Part shown: piece by piece, positions 61,900-64,000 of the stretch
How the letters are laid out: each line of letters starts with the position of its first letter
Position numbering within the stretch: the stretch's first letter is position 1
Assembly: GCA_013287265.1 (NCBI GenBank)
Contig: JABDEC010000002.1
Location: 10,105 to 74,104, forward strand
From: Candidatus Babelota bacterium
GTDB lineage: Bacteria > Babelota > Babeliae > Babelales > JABDEC01
Direction of reading: 5' to 3'
DNA: 64,000 nucleotides
The notes under the pieces: generated by a model
What the model saw: the letters and a program-made list of their open reading frames with translations, nothing else
What the model was told of the DNA's origin: nothing
Databases searched by the model: none
Position numbers and translations under genes: made by a program

Positions 61900-63624
61900 A
61901 TGTTAATAAATTATCTAGATCAAAAAATCAGACAATTATTTATTGGAATTTTAGTCTTAATATTTATTATTATTATTAGATTATTCTACCTTCAAATTTA
62001 TAATACAGATCTCTTATGCTCAAAAAGTAAGAAAAATTTTATCAGAATCAAAAAAATTTTATTGCCCCGAGGAAATATAGTTGACGCAAATAACCATATT
62101 TTAGTTACTAATCGGCCAGTATATAATATTTTTTGGCAAGGAACAGGTAACAAAAATTTAAATGAAAATCAATTCTTATTATTAAAAAAAATTGAAAAAA
62201 TAATTGGCAAAGAATTTTTAAATGAAGATTTATTAAAAATAAAATCTACTGAAAAATATTCCAAAATATTGCAGATTCAAACTGATATAACATTTGAACA
62301 ACTAAGTAAAATCCTGGAACAAACATCACATTCTAACAATATATATATTGAAACAAATTTCAAAAGATTTTACCCACATGAATCAATAGCGTGCCACATT
62401 GTTGGTTATTTGAGTCATATGAATTCTGAAACAATTGGCAAAATGGGCTTGGAAAAACTATTTGAAGATCAATTAAAAGGTCAAGCCGGAGAAATTTTAA
62501 ATACAATTAATTCTGTAGGAAAAAATTTATCAAGGGAAGAAATAAAACAGCCAAAGCCGGGGAAAAATATAATTACAACAATAGATATACATCTTCAAAA
62601 AATTGCTGAAGCCGTTTTTCCTGAAAATTATAAAGGTGCATTAATAATAATGGATCCAGAAAATGGAGCAATAAAAACAATTTTATCCCGACCTACATTT
62701 AATCCTGCAACATTTTTAAATCAATTAACTGATGAAGAATGGAACGAAATACAAGAAAAACAACCATTTTTAAATCGCGCATTTAATGCATGTTATCCAC
62801 CAGCTTCAATTTTTAAATTAATTACTACGAGTGCAGCTTTAGAGTTGGGAATTACACATCAGGATTCAAAATGGTTTTGCCAGGGTTTTATGAATTTTGG
62901 AAATAGAAATTATTTTTGCTCGAAACAACATAATCATGGACTAATAACAACGCAAGAAGCAGTTGCCAAATCTTGTAATACATTTTTTTACAATATTGCT
63001 AAAAGATTACATATCGATGATCTGGCTGCATATGCAAATAAATTTGGCTTAGGAGAAAAAACAGGGATAATTTTTGCTGAAAAAAATGGACTTGTTCCAA
63101 CTCCATTATGGAAATATCAAACATTTAAAGAACACTGGTGGCCAGGTGAAACTTTATCTGTAGTGATAGGTCAGAGTTATCTGTTGGTAACTCCAATTCA
63201 AATCGCAAGATTTATATGTTCGATTTTTACAGGTTATTTGGTGAAACCAAGACTTCTGGAGGAAGAAGAAATTAAAAAAGTTCCTTTAGATATAAAACAC
63301 GAAACACTAGAATTTTTAAAACAATCTATGAAAACTGTTGTCACAACTGGAACTGGTCATATAGTCAGCAAAATAAAAGATATTATAATTTATGCAAAAA
63401 CTGGTACGGCGCAAACATGCGCATTGTCAAAAGGAGAGTCAGAGCAAAAATATATTGCACATGCCTGGTTTGTAAGCAATTTTGCATATAAAAATCAAAA
63501 ACCATATATCATGGTTATTATTATTGAACATGCTGGAACATCAAGCATCCCGATTGCCACAGCACGCAATCTGCTTTTAGAATACAGAAAATTGTGCAGA
63601 GAAAATGAAAATATAAAAAATTAA
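61900..63624 (+). CDS. mrdA: Penicillin-binding protein 2 (class B transpeptidase)
   Basis: N-terminal TM anchor. PASIFKLITTSAALE (SxxK), KSCNTFF (SxN), AKTGTAQ (KTG). Confidence 0.9.
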   Translation: MLINYLDQKIRQLFIGILVLIFIIIIRLFYLQIYNTDLLCSKSKKNFIRIKKILLPRGNIVDANNHILVTNRPVYNIFWQGTGNKNLNENQFLLLKKIEKIIGKEFLNEDLLKIKSTEKYSKILQIQTDITFEQLSKILEQTSHSNNIYIETNFKRFYPHESIACHIVGYLSHMNSETIGKMGLEKLFEDQLKGQAGEILNTINSVGKNLSREEIKQPKPGKNIITTIDIHLQKIAEAVFPENYKGALIIMDPENGAIKTILSRPTFNPATFLNQLTDEEWNEIQEKQPFLNRAFNACYPPASIFKLITTSAALELGITHQDSKWFCQGFMNFGNRNYFCSKQHNHGLITTQEAVAKSCNTFFYNIAKRLHIDDLAAYANKFGLGEKTGIIFAEKNGLVPTPLWKYQTFKEHWWPGETLSVVIGQSYLLVTPIQIARFICSIFTGYLVKPRLLEEEEIKKVPLDIKHETLEFLKQSMKTVVTTGTGHIVSKIKDIIIYAKTGTAQTCALSKGESEQKYIAHAWFVSNFAYKNQKPYIMVIIIEHAGTSSIPIATARNLLLEYRKLCRENENIKN

Positions 63625-63633
63625 ATGATAAAT

Positions 63634-63906
63634 TTATTTGCTTTTTTGATAGCTTGAAACTTTTTTTGATAATCTGCTAATTTTTCTAGCTACTGCATTT
63701 TTATGAAGTAATTTATTTTTTGATCTGCTTATTTGAGATTCAGCATTTCTCATTAAATCTTTAACAGTTTCAATATTTTCGCCATTTGATATAGCAGTCA
63801 AAACTTTTTTTACAGCAGTTTTAACAGCAGTTCTACGAGCCAAATTAATTTTGTATCTTGCATTACTTTGACGTACTTTTTTCTTTGCAGATTTTGTATT
63901 TGCCAT
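63634..63906 (-). CDS. rpsT: 30S ribosomal protein S20
   Basis: MANTKSAKKKVRQSNARYKINLARRTAVKTAVKKV. Confidence 0.95.
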   Translation of the reverse strand: MANTKSAKKKVRQSNARYKINLARRTAVKTAVKKVLTAISNGENIETVKDLMRNAESQISRSKNKLLHKNAVARKISRLSKKVSSYQKSK

Positions 63907-63923
63907 TTTTTTTAATACCTTAA

Positions 63924-64000
63924 ATTAAATTACTTTCTTAACTTTACCAGCTTTTAAACATTTAGCGCACACTGAACCTCTTTTAACTTTATTAGAATTA
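63924..64000 (-). CDS. rpmB: 50S ribosomal protein L28, 3' end only (the gene continues beyond the window)
   Basis: The minus strand translates to ...NSNKVKRGSVCAKCLKAGKVKKVI*, which matches the L28 C-terminus (RV.VSA.ALKSGKV.KV). Not in the track. Confidence 0.7.

Overview
This is a very AT-rich, densely packed bacterial chromosome segment that uses the standard code. There is no rRNA, CRISPR array, transposase or prophage. The window splits into two parts.

(1) nt 1-24200 is an accessory glycan island. About 18 consecutive genes encode glycosyltransferases (GT2, GT10 fucosyltransferase-like, five GT11-like copies, GT-A-like paralogs, GT2-TPR) and SAM methyltransferases (mostly FkbM-type, plus one DOT1-like domain). 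Every complete protein has a signal-peptide-like N-terminus. Several are fused (GT+MT, and GT+MT+coiled coil+ankyrin). The island ends with a cysteine-rich outer-membrane beta-barrel gene. Four short palindromic elements of about 50% GC sit in frame inside island genes.

(2) nt 24200-64000 is a housekeeping backbone: dnaE, grpE, ssb, pgsA, mnmA, argS, tsf, frr, tRNA-Lys, tRNA-Leu, tig, trxB, rpmH-rnpA-yidD, a BI-1 family protein, PIN-PhoH, thrS, nth, a Xer recombinase, mrdA, rpsT and a partial rpmB. It is interspersed with signal-peptide-bearing ankyrin-repeat proteins, small secreted or membrane proteins, two Cys-rich DUF326-like proteins and a membrane-bound degenerate sigma54-activator-like regulator.

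The gene content (many exported ankyrin proteins, eukaryote-like domains, trimmed housekeeping enzymes) suggests an obligate intracellular symbiont or parasite of protists, possibly Dependentiae (TM6)/Babeliales-like. That is inference only. All family assignments come from motif recognition by eye; no searches were run.
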